Shown here: one piece after another, positions 1 through 10,957 of the stretch | Layout: every line of letters starts with the position of its first letter | How positions within the stretch are numbered: position 1 is the stretch's first letter | DNA from: Wolbachia endosymbiont of Dirofilaria (Dirofilaria) immitis | GTDB taxonomy: Bacteria; Pseudomonadota; Alphaproteobacteria; Rickettsiales; Anaplasmataceae | DNA: 32,000 nucleotides | Assembly: GCF_013365455.1 (NCBI RefSeq) | Contig: NZ_CP046578.1 | Span: 480,001 to 512,000, forward strand | Direction of reading: 5' to 3' | Made by a program: the position numbers and the translations under genes | The notes under the pieces: generated by a model | Told to the model about the DNA's origin: nothing | Database searches by the model: none | Seen by the model: only the letters and a program-made list of their open reading frames with translations

Positions 1-2637
1 GAGACGATTAGGTATATAGAAAGGTTATCTGAAATATTAAGCAATGGCGGTAAAAGAGAGCGAAGTTATAGTGTCATACTCTCCAATTGGTGTAGCGGCA
101 CAAAAACATCTGCCACCCAAGCAACTAATACTAAAATACAGGAAAAAAAGGATGTAGATTTTAAGGTAATGTACTGGAATACCAAAATAGAAAATTTAGC
201 TAAGATATTTTTAAAATCAGAATCTTATGAAAAAAAAAGCATATCATCTATAATAACAAAAGGCATCTTAGAGAAATTCAAAGATGCAGAATGGATAGTA
301 AAGAATATTCAGAATATAGTATTTACTTATACAAGAGATATTAACTCCTATAAAATATTCAAGAGAACTAGCAACTTACTTAACATATTCAAAGTGTACA
401 CTGACTTATATAACAGTGAAAAATCAAAAAATGCATTACTCGACTACAACGATATAATCGACTTAGCAACAAATCTTCTAAGTAATCCAGAGTATAAAGA
501 TTGGGTATTGTTTAACTTAGATCAAAAAATAGATCACATTCTTATTGATGAAGCACAAGATAATAGCATTGATCAATGGAAAATTATAATAAATCTCTGT
601 GACAAATTCTTTACCAGTGGTGAAGAAAAACGAACCCTGTTTGTTGTTGGCGACATAAAACAATCTATTTACAGATTTCAAGGGGCAAATCCCTATCTAT
701 TTAATCACATGCAACAATACTTCTATACAAAAACTGGTAACAGAAACTGGATATCATGCCAACTTAAAAAATCATTTCGCTCAGCTCCAGAAATTCTAGC
801 ATTTGTAGATAAAATATTCAACAACTTTTGCAAAGAGATATCCTTTATTGATAGTGAAATAAAACATACTCCAAACAGAAAAAATGATCAAGGGTATATT
901 GAAATTTGGCCACTATTACCAAGCCTCAAAGAAGAAAAACAGCAGACTTTACAAATTCATTTAACAGATAAAAAAGATTACATAATGTTAGACCGCCTGC
1001 TTGCTCAATCAATAGCTCAAAAAATTCACAACTGGTTAAGCAAAGGGCGAATCTTAGTTGCTAAAGATCGCCATATAGAACCAAGAGACATTATGATCTT
1101 AGTACGGCAAAGAAATGTGTTAGTTGATTATATAGTGAGCGAGCTTAAAAAAGCAAAAGTGCCGGTTATAGGGCGAGACTATTTTAAGATTATGGACTAT
1201 ATAGTTATACAGGATTTAATAGCTTTAGCCGAATTTTTACTCCTTCCTACAAATGATTTAGCTCTTGCGAATGTTTTAAAATCTCCACTATTTAACTTTA
1301 CTGAAGATGATTTATTTAGCATTGCATATGATCGTAAAGAACAGTCGTTATGGGAAAGACTTCATAATTATTGCTGGATTGTCTATAGTGAATTAAACTA
1401 TCTTATCAACTTATCTCGTATAGAATCACCTCTTACATTGTTCACACATATAATACACACAGGCAAGAAGAAATTTGCTGCAAGACTTGGTACTGAGTAC
1501 TTCGAAGTCTTAGATGAGTTTATAAACCTTGTGTTAAAATTTGAAAACCTATCCCTTCAAGCATTTATTCAATGGATCAAAGAAAATAATCCAGAAATTA
1601 AAAATGATACACAATTAAAGCGCAATGCTGTGCGGATAATGACAATCCACAAATCAAAAGGCCTGCAAGCTCCTATAGTATTCTTAGTTGATACAAATAC
1701 GGTACCAAGAAACAATGAGAACATTATTTTTGATATAATGGAAGCACCATTTTGGTGTGGAAAGGATACTAACATTCATTGTGACCAAGTAAAGAGAGAG
1801 AGGAAAATGGAGGACTATAATGAATATTTACGTTTGCTATATGTAGCACTTACTCGCGCTGAAGATGAATTATATATTTTAGGTAAAGAGCCAGTACAAA
1901 AAGGTTCTTGGTATGATCTGCTTACTAAGCAGCAAGAGCTATATGAAAAGAAACAAGCTTGGTTACAGCCGATGTTTAAAGAAAAAGTTAAAGTACTATG
2001 TGTAAACGCAAACTACCCTTATATTTGTAAAAAACTTGATCATTTCGATGTTTCAGTGATTTCTCTCCCGCCAACTCTGGCAACATTATTCCAAGAATCT
2101 AAAAAGAAAGAAGAAGAATCAGTGTCAACTGTTTACTCTTCTCCATTTCAGCACGTAATCCCAGAATACGGAGAAAAGAGCGCTGAAATGACAGACGGTT
2201 ATACAAGAGGCCTAATAATCCACAGTATATTGCAATATATACCTAAGATAGAAAAAGATAGAAGAAAAAATTGGATTAGAAAGTACCTTGATAATATAAA
2301 CACTAGAGAAAAAAAAGACGAGATCTATAGCAAAATATTAGCCTTTAATGAAAAATATGATTACCTATTCAACTTAGAAGGTAAATCAGAAATTATGCTA
2401 AGTGGAATGATTGATGGCAAACCAGTACTAGTACGACTGGATAGGTTATGCATAACGCAGGATAAAGCAATTATCATTGATTACAAATCACACCGTAATA
2501 CTTCTACTTCTTCGTTAAATGAAATAAAAAAAAAGATGTTAACTTATAAAGCCCTAGTACAAGCAGTATATCCGAATAAGCAGGTAGAGTGTGTGGTTAT
2601 TTGGATAGAAGACTTAACCCTACAATCTGACTTTTGA
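1..2637 (+). CDS. addA: Double-strand break repair helicase-nuclease AddA (UvrD/RecB-like), 5' end outside window
   Basis: Frame 1 is open from base 1 (ETIRYIERLSEILSNGG...) through the listed ORF at 169, with TGA at 2635-2637. UvrD-type Walker B 'IDHILIDEAQDNS', 'VVGDIKQSIYRFQGA', 'IMTIHKSKGLQAPIVFLVD', 'LRLLYVALTRAEDELYI'. C-terminal RecB-type nuclease motifs 'GLIIHSILQ', 'VLVRLDRL', 'AIIIDYKSHR'. Confidence 0.88.
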   Translation, partial: ETIRYIERLSEILSNGGKRERSYSVILSNWCSGTKTSATQATNTKIQEKKDVDFKVMYWNTKIENLAKIFLKSESYEKKSISSIITKGILEKFKDAEWIVKNIQNIVFTYTRDINSYKIFKRTSNLLNIFKVYTDLYNSEKSKNALLDYNDIIDLATNLLSNPEYKDWVLFNLDQKIDHILIDEAQDNSIDQWKIIINLCDKFFTSGEEKRTLFVVGDIKQSIYRFQGANPYLFNHMQQYFYTKTGNRNWISCQLKKSFRSAPEILAFVDKIFNNFCKEISFIDSEIKHTPNRKNDQGYIEIWPLLPSLKEEKQQTLQIHLTDKKDYIMLDRLLAQSIAQKIHNWLSKGRILVAKDRHIEPRDIMILVRQRNVLVDYIVSELKKAKVPVIGRDYFKIMDYIVIQDLIALAEFLLLPTNDLALANVLKSPLFNFTEDDLFSIAYDRKEQSLWERLHNYCWIVYSELNYLINLSRIESPLTLFTHIIHTGKKKFAARLGTEYFEVLDEFINLVLKFENLSLQAFIQWIKENNPEIKNDTQLKRNAVRIMTIHKSKGLQAPIVFLVDTNTVPRNNENIIFDIMEAPFWCGKDTNIHCDQVKRERKMEDYNEYLRLLYVALTRAEDELYILGKEPVQKGSWYDLLTKQQELYEKKQAWLQPMFKEKVKVLCVNANYPYICKKLDHFDVSVISLPPTLATLFQESKKKEEESVSTVYSSPFQHVIPEYGEKSAEMTDGYTRGLIIHSILQYIPKIEKDRRKNWIRKYLDNINTREKKDEIYSKILAFNEKYDYLFNLEGKSEIMLSGMIDGKPVLVRLDRLCITQDKAIIIDYKSHRNTSTSSLNEIKKKMLTYKALVQAVYPNKQVECVVIWIEDLTLQSDF

Positions 2638-3448
2638 TGAAACCTGGAATACTATTTGCCAATTGATATACATGCATCACCTTCTTTTGAACATTCATAG
2701 TACAAACTTGAGACTAGTATTTCCTCCACATATATTAAAGAGCATAGTATATATTGATATACAAAAAAAACTGTTCATTTTTTGGCTCAGCCATCTTAGG
2801 TAAAAAGTACGTCAAAAAGGAGAATTATGTAAAATACATTTATAGATATATTGATACTTAGAGGCTGTTCATCTCTTGTTTAGATGGTTGTGAAACATTA
2901 CAGTACTGTTTAATATTTCAACATAAAGAGAAGTTCAATATATTGAATCAGCATTTTAGAGGTCTTCCGCTATTAGACCGATACTTTTACCTATATATAA
3001 GGTAAAAACGAAAAATCTTCTTTATTGAAGCTTCTTATACTTATTTTTAATAATCAAGTAACTCAGGTATTAATTATAAGCAGGTTTTTTATCTCCTTTT
3101 TTTCATATGAAAGACAGCAGGTATAAATGTATCGTTGACTCTATTACTATTTTATAGCACTTTCAAATAAAACTACCTTCTACACACTGAACATAAAACA
3201 TAGCTTAAGACTTTGTAACCAAGCAATAGTTGTTCATTACCTAACGATAATTTTTTCTTTTAGGAGTTCTCTACATCCTTTTGTAATCCTTCACTATAAT
3301 AAATCACTTGCTGCGCATCATTTTACAATAAGAAATGAGATTATCAAATAAGATAATCAATAAGTTTCTTTATTATTTAAAGATACCGATAAAAACTTGA
3401 CTTACATACTTTACGCCTCTAAAATTCTTATTTTAAGTCTTACTTATA

Positions 3449-3769
3449 ATGTCAATAACAGTATTAAGTGTATTACAAATAATATTGGTTATCGTTCTAG
3501 TAATCTTAGTGCTTTCACGTCCGCCTGGAAGTAGCTCGTTGAGTGGTTTTAGTAACTCACAACATGGACTCAATTTGATGATTTCAGTGAAACCTCCCAT
3601 AAATCTGCTCAGCAAAGTAACTGCTATAGTTGTTGGCCTATTTATAGCAAACACACTACTATTATCAGGATTGTGTTCAAAAAATGTACATAGAAAGTCA
3701 ATTGCAGAAAGAATCATATCAGAAAATAAACAAGAAAATAAGTTTACTTCCGTTCCTTTTGAAGATTAA
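3449..3769 (+). CDS. secG: Preprotein translocase subunit SecG
   Basis: 106 aa with two hydrophobic segments ([19 protein letters not shown] ... [18 protein letters not shown]), SecG-like, directly upstream of pyrG with TAATG overlap. Confidence 0.75.
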   Translation: MSITVLSVLQIILVIVLVILVLSRPPGSSSLSGFSNSQHGLNLMISVKPPINLLSKVTAIVVGLFIANTLLLSGLCSKNVHRKSIAERIISENKQENKFTSVPFED

Positions 3770-5406
3770 TGAAGAAGGAAGCTAAATTTATCTTTGTAAC
3801 AGGTGGAGTAGTTTCATCCTTAGGTAAGGGCTTAGTCGCTTCAAGCGTAGGTACGCTTCTTCAAGCTTATGGCTTTAAAGTACGTATTAGAAAACTTGAC
3901 CCATATTTAAATATTGACCCTGGAACAATGAGTCCAACTCAGCATGGAGAGGTGTTCGTTACTGAAGACGGTGCAGAAACTGATTTAGATCTTGGACATT
4001 ATGAACGTTTTACTGGAATGAAAGCAACCAAAGATGATAATATAACAACTGGTAAAGTATATCACGAGTTATTGAAGAAAGAGAGGCGTGGTGATTATTT
4101 AGGTAAAACTGTACAAGTTATTCCTCATGTAACAGATCTGATAAAATCATTTATTTTTAACGGTACAGAAGGTTTAGATTTTATAATATATGAAATAGGT
4201 GGAACTGTAGGTGATATTGAAAGCCAACCGTTTTTAGAAGCTATACGTCAAATCAGCTACAAGCTCGGGAAACAAAGAGTTATTCTTATTCACCTGACCC
4301 TAGTACCATACTTAACTGCAGCGCAAGAACTAAAGACAAAACCAACACAGCATTCAGTTCGAGAGTTAAATTTTGCGGGGTTACAACCAGACATTATACT
4401 ATGTCGTAGTGAAAAGAAAACTTCCGATAATCAAAAAAGGAAAATAGCCAATCTTTGTAATGTCTCTTTATCTAATGTAATACCTGCTCCTGACGTGAAC
4501 CATATATATGAGTTACCAATTTTATATAATCAATATGGACTTGGTACACAAATTCTGGAACACTTTCATTTAAGTAAACCACAACCAAGCTTAACTGAAT
4601 GGAAGCAAATAGTACTTTCTATGAAAAAGTCAACACAGGAAGTCACTGTATCTATAGCAGGAAAATATACCGAATTTCCTGACGCATATAAATCACTGGT
4701 CGAAGCATTAAATCATGGTGCAATTAGAAATAAAGTTAGAGTGAAAATAAACTGGGTTAACTCAAGAGAGAAAAGCAAAGAACTTATTAATGAAAAATCC
4801 ATAGAAAAAAAGCTAAGGAACTCCCATTCAATCCTCGTGCCAGGAGGATTTGGCGATGATGGAGTAGAGGGCAAAATATTGGCAATAAGCTATGCCCGCA
4901 CGCATAATATCCCATTTCTTGGAATATGCCTTGGCATGCAACTTGCAGTCATTGAATTCGCTCGCAATGTCATTAAGCTTGAGGATGTACACTCTGAAGA
5001 ATTTTATACCTGTAAGCACCCGATTATTAAGCTAGCCGGTAGTAAAAACATTAATGTTGGTGGAACTATGAGACTTGGAGCATATAAATGTAATGTAAGC
5101 CCAAATTCCAAAATGGCAGATGTATACGGTAATACCACTATCTTGGAAAGGCATAGGCACAGATACATAATTAATTTAGATTACAAAGATGATTTAGAAA
5201 AAAATGGTTTGACATGCAGTTGTATATCAGAAGATGGAACATGCATAGAAGCAGTAGTGCTAGAAAGTCATCCTTGGTTTATCGGTGTGCAATTTCATCC
5301 AGAATTTCAATCAAAGCCGTTTTCCCCTCACCCTCTTTTTATATCCTTTATTAAAGCAGCAATTAATAAAATTAAAAGAAAGAAGACCAACAGAGAAAGT
5401 GTTTAA
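3769..5406 (+). CDS. pyrG: CTP synthase
   Basis: 545 aa. '[76 protein letters not shown]' and glutaminase motif '[16 protein letters not shown]'. Confidence 0.98.
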   Translation: MKKEAKFIFVTGGVVSSLGKGLVASSVGTLLQAYGFKVRIRKLDPYLNIDPGTMSPTQHGEVFVTEDGAETDLDLGHYERFTGMKATKDDNITTGKVYHELLKKERRGDYLGKTVQVIPHVTDLIKSFIFNGTEGLDFIIYEIGGTVGDIESQPFLEAIRQISYKLGKQRVILIHLTLVPYLTAAQELKTKPTQHSVRELNFAGLQPDIILCRSEKKTSDNQKRKIANLCNVSLSNVIPAPDVNHIYELPILYNQYGLGTQILEHFHLSKPQPSLTEWKQIVLSMKKSTQEVTVSIAGKYTEFPDAYKSLVEALNHGAIRNKVRVKINWVNSREKSKELINEKSIEKKLRNSHSILVPGGFGDDGVEGKILAISYARTHNIPFLGICLGMQLAVIEFARNVIKLEDVHSEEFYTCKHPIIKLAGSKNINVGGTMRLGAYKCNVSPNSKMADVYGNTTILERHRHRYIINLDYKDDLEKNGLTCSCISEDGTCIEAVVLESHPWFIGVQFHPEFQSKPFSPHPLFISFIKAAINKIKRKKTNRESV

Positions 5407-5416
5407 ATATCGATAT

Positions 5417-5833
5417 ATGGAGCTTGCAGTAGAACAAGCAAAACTTGCTCACAAAAATGATGAAGTTCCTATAGGAGCTGTAATAGTCAGTGGAAGCAAC
5501 ATAGTCTCTTCCACACATAACATATACAATGATCCAACTGCACATGCAGAGATATTAGTAATCAGACAAGCATGCAAATTGCTTTCAACACCAATACTCT
5601 CCGATGTTGATATGTATGTAACATTAGAGCCATGTCCGATGTGTGCTCAAGCCATCTCTTTTGCAAGAGTTAGAAGAGTATACTTTGGAGCTTATAATCC
5701 TAAAGGTGGAGGAATCGAAAACGGTGTTAGGATATTTCAATTTTGCAGCCATGTTCCTGAAGTTTATGGCGGGATATTAGAAACAGAATGCTCTTCTTTG
5801 TTAAAGGATTTTTTTAAGAAATTAAGAACTTAG
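5417..5833 (+). CDS. tadA: tRNA-specific adenosine deaminase / nucleoside deaminase
   Basis: CMP/dCMP deaminase zinc motifs 'DPTAHAEILVIRQA' and 'VTLEPCPMCAQAI'. The listed ORF opens at 5285 inside pyrG; the in-frame ATG at 5417 (MELAVEQAKLAHKNDEVPIGAVIV) matches the expected N-terminus. Confidence 0.9.
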   Translation: MELAVEQAKLAHKNDEVPIGAVIVSGSNIVSSTHNIYNDPTAHAEILVIRQACKLLSTPILSDVDMYVTLEPCPMCAQAISFARVRRVYFGAYNPKGGGIENGVRIFQFCSHVPEVYGGILETECSSLLKDFFKKLRT

Positions 5834-5989
5834 TTTAGACATATTAATTATTATCGAATTTCTTCATCACTCCAGTGCACTAGGTTAAGTTAATTGGTGA
5901 GTGTCTTTCAATTTTATAATTTTCAATCTCGCTATTAGATGATTCTGTTAACTTAGTAATAGTAACAATGTTAATTACTACTTCAGTTT

Positions 5990-6300
5990 TTCCTTTCTCT
6001 ACATTGGTTCATATAGGTTACCTTTCTACCTTCATCAAGTCTTTGCTAAGGACAGCTTCCTCTTTATATAGGCTCATTATCCTTTCCCCATACACCACTG
6101 TCCTCTTCATTCCAATAAACTTATCTAATTCACCATACACTTGCTTTATTATTACTAACAACTCCTCTGCATCTTTTTTAAAAGATGCACCAGCACCATA
6201 CTAGCTTATTAACTATTCTACTTTATCTTTAAGAAACTTAGGTAGCCTAATGAATACAAATTGAAAACCTTGTAAGCCATGTTTATCAGTTTTATAATCT
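5990..6300 (-). pseudogene. Degenerate fragment resembling the C-terminal part of Rpn / PD-(D/E)XK (PDDEXK_2-type) transposase-nuclease proteins
   Basis: Minus-strand reading DYKTDKHGLQGFQFVFIRLPKFLKDKVE*LIS*YGAGASFKKDAEELLVIIKQVYGELDKFIGMKRTVVYGERIMSLYKEEAVLSKDLMKVER*, with two internal stops. The layout 'F.F.FI.LPKF.K ... F.K.AEE ... Y.ELD.F' resembles that family from memory; no search was run. Confidence 0.4.
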
Positions 6301-6579
6301 TAAAAATAAAACACAGCCCAAGGTTTAATAAAAAAGCTACCCAGAGGAACATCAGCAACGTAATACCGAGTACATTTTTTTTAAGCTTCCTTACAAGAAA
6401 AACTCTTCTTTGAACATCAGGTTTAATCTTAAACCTAGGAATCTTAAAAAAAAGTCATAACAAATCAGCTCAAAAAGCATTAACAATAATAATATAACAT
6501 TTTCTAGAAACAATCCAATCACATCCTTTGACTCACAATTTAAAGCTCAACTTAACATATATGGTTTACACCAGAACTT

Positions 6580-7860
6580 TTACCAATCGCATTTTTTGTC
6601 TTGTGGCTTTATTTGCAATATTGCCACTAAACCTACTAATAAACAGAAAACTATATAAAGCCCAGCTGCAAAGTTTACTTGAGGAAATGTGATAGTAAAC
6701 CAAGTGCATATCATAGGAGTAAACCCACCATGAAAAGCAAAAGAGATGTTGCGTGATAAACTTACTCCACTAAACCTAACAGTGGTGGGAAAAAGTTCAG
6801 ATGCAACTATCCCTATAGGGCTTATACCCTTCTCTATTACAGAAAGAACCATTATACTAAGCATAATTATAAGATAACTTTTATAATAGTAGGCAATAAA
6901 TAATATAGGACAACATAGCACCATTGTAATCACTATAAATAAAATCGCAGTGCGTTCTTTACCTATTCTATCAGCTAACATTCCAAGAACTATTGCAAAT
7001 ATTGGCATTAGTATACTGGTTATAATCAACACAATCTCATTGATATATGTTGTGACATACGTTTTAACTGATATTGTCTCTTTTGCAAGAGTTCGAAGGA
7101 ATATGGTGAATCCAACAGTAACATTAACGGGCACGGATATTAAAACAGCAAGTATAAGAGCTCTTTTATAGTGCTTTACAAGCTCTATTATTGGTAAGTC
7201 TGGTAGACTTCTTTGCTTTTGGTTCTTTTCATACTCCAGAGTCTCTTCTAATATATATATACTATATGTACTAATTAACCCTAGAACAGCTGAAAAAGTG
7301 AACGGCAATCTCCAACCCCAAGTATTAAAATCAGTGTTTTTTTTGCAGATGATTACTACCACGACAGAAAGCAGAATACCAATAGAGCGACCTAAACTTG
7401 TCATTCCACAAAATACCCCTAGCTTTTTCTTATCAGATAAATGCTCTATTAAATAAACAGAACTGCCTCCCTGTTCAGCACCGAACGCAATTCCTTGCGT
7501 TACATGAATTGCAAGAAGCAATATAGTAGAAGTTATACCTATTTGACTATAACTTGGAATAAACGCAATGAGACTAGATGGAATTGCTATCAGCAAGATA
7601 GCAATCATCAATGCCATTTTCCTTCCATACCTATCACCAATATGACCGAATGCAGATGCGCCGAGCGGTCTCACCATTGCACCTAATCCTGCAATTCCAA
7701 ATAATTGCAATATATTATAATAAATATCCTTTGCAGAACAAAATTCTCTACTGATTACATTAACCAGATCAATAAAGAGCATATGATCATACCATATTGT
7801 AATTTTACAGAGTATTGTTGCCAACAACATTTTTGTTTGCTGATTACACACCAAGTTCAA
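6580..7860 (-). CDS. MFS transporter, metabolite:H+ symporter (ProP-like) family
   Basis: 426 aa, about 12 hydrophobic segments. 'GAMVRPLGASAFGHIGDRYGRKMALMIAILLIAIPSSLIAFIPSY' and 'GMLADRIGKERT' match MHS/ProP MFS signatures. Confidence 0.88.
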   Translation of the reverse strand: MNLVCNQQTKMLLATILCKITIWYDHMLFIDLVNVISREFCSAKDIYYNILQLFGIAGLGAMVRPLGASAFGHIGDRYGRKMALMIAILLIAIPSSLIAFIPSYSQIGITSTILLLAIHVTQGIAFGAEQGGSSVYLIEHLSDKKKLGVFCGMTSLGRSIGILLSVVVVIICKKNTDFNTWGWRLPFTFSAVLGLISTYSIYILEETLEYEKNQKQRSLPDLPIIELVKHYKRALILAVLISVPVNVTVGFTIFLRTLAKETISVKTYVTTYINEIVLIITSILMPIFAIVLGMLADRIGKERTAILFIVITMVLCCPILFIAYYYKSYLIIMLSIMVLSVIEKGISPIGIVASELFPTTVRFSGVSLSRNISFAFHGGFTPMICTWFTITFPQVNFAAGLYIVFCLLVGLVAILQIKPQDKKCDW

Positions 7861-8013
7861 TTTATAAATATTTGCTTATTTAATTGTGGCTGCTTTTTAG
7901 AATTTAGTAAAGCTACAACCTTAGGTTGTAAGATTAACTTTTTGTTATTGTATGTAATAATGAGATCATTAAAATTTAGAGGGTAGAGTCAAGAAGTAAG
8001 CCCATTGCAAAAA

Positions 8014-9420
8014 TCAATATGGTAAAGTACAGTTTTTAACAACTTCAACATCACTGAATTTAAAAGTTTGGCCATTTACAATCTGTGATCTTTCATGCCC
8101 TTTCCCTGCAATCAGCAGGACCATATCTTGATTATAGGAAATATCCATACCTTTTTCTATAGCTTCTTTCCTGTCCTCTATCTCTAGTGCACCAGAACAA
8201 TGTAACAAAATATCACGGCGAATTTCTGTTGGATTTTCGTCACGAGGATTATCATTTGTAACTATAACTCTTTCTGCATACATTTGCGCTATTTTACCCA
8301 TTTCTGCGCGTTTTGCCTGATCACGATTACCACCACAACCAAAAACTAAGATTACCCTTTTGCTGAAGTGCCATTTTAAAGACAATAGCACTTGCTCAAG
8401 TGCACTTGGAGTATGTGCGTAATCTACAAACACAAAAGGTTTTACCTTTTCCATCCTTCCTGGTGGAGAAACTAGTTTATCTATACACATTTTTTTGTAA
8501 CTCAACCCAGACGAGATAGCTATACCGATTGCACACATCAAATTACACGCTTGAAATTGTCCTAAGACTGGAAAAAACACATCATAAACTTCATTATCAA
8601 CTCTAATTGTTAGATATTGACCATCTTGTGCTGGTACTTGCTTTATTAAGGTAATATTAGAACCTTTTTTCCCATAAGTTATAACTTTGTTACCACGTTT
8701 TTCAGCTATCTTAAGCAATGCATAGCATTCATCTATACTTGCATTTAAAATTACTGTTTTTTCTTTTGGTAGTATCTCACAAAATAACCTTTTCTTAGCC
8801 CTAAAATATTCACTAATATCCTTATGATAATCTAAATGATCTTGCGAGAAATTTGTAAAAGCTGCAGCAGTTAACCCAAGCCCATGAATTCTGTACTGAT
8901 CAATCCCATGACTTGAAGCCTCCAGTACTAAGTGCTCTATGTTTTTACTACTCATATCACATAATGTTGCATAAAAATCATCTGCATCCGGAGTGGTAAG
9001 GTTATTATAATTAGCTTCCCTTTTATTATTGATACACGTTCCAAGTGTTCCAATAGACACTGAATCATAGCCAGCATTTTGCCAGATTTGGCGGCAAAAC
9101 TCTACTACTGAAGTCTTGCCATTCGTACCTGTTACAGCAGCAACACATTTAGGCTGCTTAAATTGATAAAACCTGCTAATTATTTTGCTGTATGTTTCTT
9201 GAGGGTTTGGGTGAAAAATATAGATCCGAGAGTTACATGATGCTACAAAATCTGCCATTATTACTGAAGTTTTTACATCACCTACATACTTCTTACTTTC
9301 TTTTGATACACAAACAAAAAGGTAACCCTCTTTGACTTTCTTAGGGTTACAGGTAACACCTTCGATTTCAATATCAAAAGTAACATCAACAATGTTATAA
9401 AGTAAATCCCTCAATTTCAT
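8014..9420 (-). CDS. murE: UDP-N-acetylmuramoyl-L-alanyl-D-glutamate--2,6-diaminopimelate ligase
   Basis: Mur ligase motifs 'VTGTNGKTSVVEFCRQI', 'VLEASSHGIDQYRIHGL', 'AAFTNFSQDHLDYHKDISEYFRAK', 'VFVDYAHTPSALEQVL', 'DNPRDENPTEI'. Confidence 0.95.
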   Translation of the reverse strand: MKLRDLLYNIVDVTFDIEIEGVTCNPKKVKEGYLFVCVSKESKKYVGDVKTSVIMADFVASCNSRIYIFHPNPQETYSKIISRFYQFKQPKCVAAVTGTNGKTSVVEFCRQIWQNAGYDSVSIGTLGTCINNKREANYNNLTTPDADDFYATLCDMSSKNIEHLVLEASSHGIDQYRIHGLGLTAAAFTNFSQDHLDYHKDISEYFRAKKRLFCEILPKEKTVILNASIDECYALLKIAEKRGNKVITYGKKGSNITLIKQVPAQDGQYLTIRVDNEVYDVFFPVLGQFQACNLMCAIGIAISSGLSYKKMCIDKLVSPPGRMEKVKPFVFVDYAHTPSALEQVLLSLKWHFSKRVILVFGCGGNRDQAKRAEMGKIAQMYAERVIVTNDNPRDENPTEIRRDILLHCSGALEIEDRKEAIEKGMDISYNQDMVLLIAGKGHERSQIVNGQTFKFSDVEVVKNCTLPY

Positions 9421-9436
9421 GTTCTACTTTATCAGC

Positions 9437-10636
9437 TTAAAGATCTAAACATGGTAACCTAGCTAGTGCTGCATCTAAATCAGAAATTAAATCTTCAGGA
9501 TCTTCTAACCCACAAAATATTCGTACGAAACTTCCACCATAATCTGAACGCATTACAGACCTTGGCATAGATTTATGATCTACCGGTAACATCAAACTAT
9601 CACACCCTCCCCAAGAAGCACCAATACTAAAAATCTTCATATGATCAACCATACAACTGAGCTCTTTATATGAATATTCTCTATCTAGTACTATACTGAA
9701 TACGCTGCTTGCTCCTTTAAAGTAACTTTTCCACAATTCATGCTGAGGGTGAGAATGAAGCGCCGGATATAAAACCTTTTTAATTTTTGGGTGCTCCTCT
9801 AGCCATTTTGCTACCTTCATTGCCGTACTTTGATGCCTTTTTATACGTGTATACAATGTCCTGAGTCCTCTGTGTGCAAGATAACAATCATGCGACTGAA
9901 CAGTCACTCCATAATTCTTGTAGCTCTCATAAAGTAATTCAAAAACCTCACCTTCAGCAATAACAGCTCCCATCAATAAATCTGAGTGACCAGCTATATA
10001 CTTTGTAACCGCATACAGAGCAACATCAATTCCATAATCAAGCGGTTTAAATAACAAAGAAGTGGCCCATGAATTGTCACAAACGGTTATGATTTCATGC
10101 TCCTTAGCAACTTTTACTATATGTTCTACATTTGAAATTTCAAACGTCACAGAACCTGGAGTTTCAATCATTATCAATGCAGTATTACTACGAATCAAAC
10201 TAGTTATACTCTCCGTTGGATCATAAAAAGTCACTTTTACTCCTCTTTTTGGCAGTTCACTTTCAACAAATCTCCTAACTCGATAATAACTATTATCTTG
10301 AACCAAAATATGTGAACCTGCTTTAGCAAAAGTTAGAATAACAAAGGTAAGCACAAACAGTCCAGAAGGGTAGATTAATGCTTGTCCCCTACCTTCAACT
10401 TCAGCAAGAGCACTTGAAAGGTAGTGAACGGTAGGAGTACCAACATTACTATAACTATAATCCCTTAATACACCATCATTGATTACATCATATATACTCT
10501 TCCCGTTTGCTGCATCTAAGTAGTCCTTATAGGTAGGAAATAATATAGTAGAAGAATGATAAATTGGCGGATTCATAGAACCTTTGTAATCATTAAATTT
10601 TCTCCCTGCTTTCACCAATAAAGATTCTTCTTTCAC
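9437..10636 (-). CDS. metC: Cystathionine beta-lyase-like, Cys/Met metabolism PLP-dependent enzyme
   Basis: 399 aa. 'NPPIYHSSTILFPTYKDYL', 'NVGTPTVHYLSSALAEVEG', PLP-lysine region 'DVALYAVTKYIAGHSDLLMGAVI', 'GASWGGCDSLMLPVDH', 'VRIFCGLEDPEDLISDLDAAL'. The exact substrate cannot be fixed from sequence. Confidence 0.87.
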   Translation of the reverse strand: MKEESLLVKAGRKFNDYKGSMNPPIYHSSTILFPTYKDYLDAANGKSIYDVINDGVLRDYSYSNVGTPTVHYLSSALAEVEGRGQALIYPSGLFVLTFVILTFAKAGSHILVQDNSYYRVRRFVESELPKRGVKVTFYDPTESITSLIRSNTALIMIETPGSVTFEISNVEHIVKVAKEHEIITVCDNSWATSLLFKPLDYGIDVALYAVTKYIAGHSDLLMGAVIAEGEVFELLYESYKNYGVTVQSHDCYLAHRGLRTLYTRIKRHQSTAMKVAKWLEEHPKIKKVLYPALHSHPQHELWKSYFKGASSVFSIVLDREYSYKELSCMVDHMKIFSIGASWGGCDSLMLPVDHKSMPRSVMRSDYGGSFVRIFCGLEDPEDLISDLDAALARLPCLDL

Positions 10637-10642
10637 ACTTTA

Positions 10643-10927
10643 TTACCTATTTTTTGAACTGTATTCACTTTGCGTATAGAAATGAAGAGAAATTGCATGT
10701 ATCAGCTCTATCTCACTTCTTAGTAACCCATAAATCAATCTATGACGTTTGAAGGTGCTCATTCCAACAAAGCTATTGGATATCAATATCAACCTAATAT
10801 GTGAAGGTAATGCTGAAGATGAAGCAAAATAGTGACCTGCATGCTCTACAGACTCATCGATAATATCAATATTAATCACATCTATTGAGTTTCTTATTTT
10901 TTCTTCTATTGTTTCAATGATACCCAT
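10643..10927 (-). CDS. bolA: BolA family protein
   Basis: 'ESVEHAGHYFASSSALPSHIRLILISNSFVGMSTFKRHRLIYGLLRSEIE..IHAISLHFYTQ' is BolA-like. The listed ORF uses TTG at 10954, immediately after the ruvC-remnant stop; ATG at 10927 (MGIIETIEEKI) is the more natural start. Confidence 0.8.
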   Translation of the reverse strand: MGIIETIEEKIRNSIDVINIDIIDESVEHAGHYFASSSALPSHIRLILISNSFVGMSTFKRHRLIYGLLRSEIELIHAISLHFYTQSEYSSKNR

Positions 10928-10957
10928 ACTATCAGAGTGCTGAACCTCATACAAAAG

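Noticed and set aside
5968-6204. Plus-strand 78-aa ORF
   Set aside because: Low-complexity hydrophobic translation opposite the better minus-strand Rpn-like reading.
7705-7986. Plus-strand 93-aa ORF
   Set aside because: Largely antisense to the well-supported MFS transporter; no family signature.
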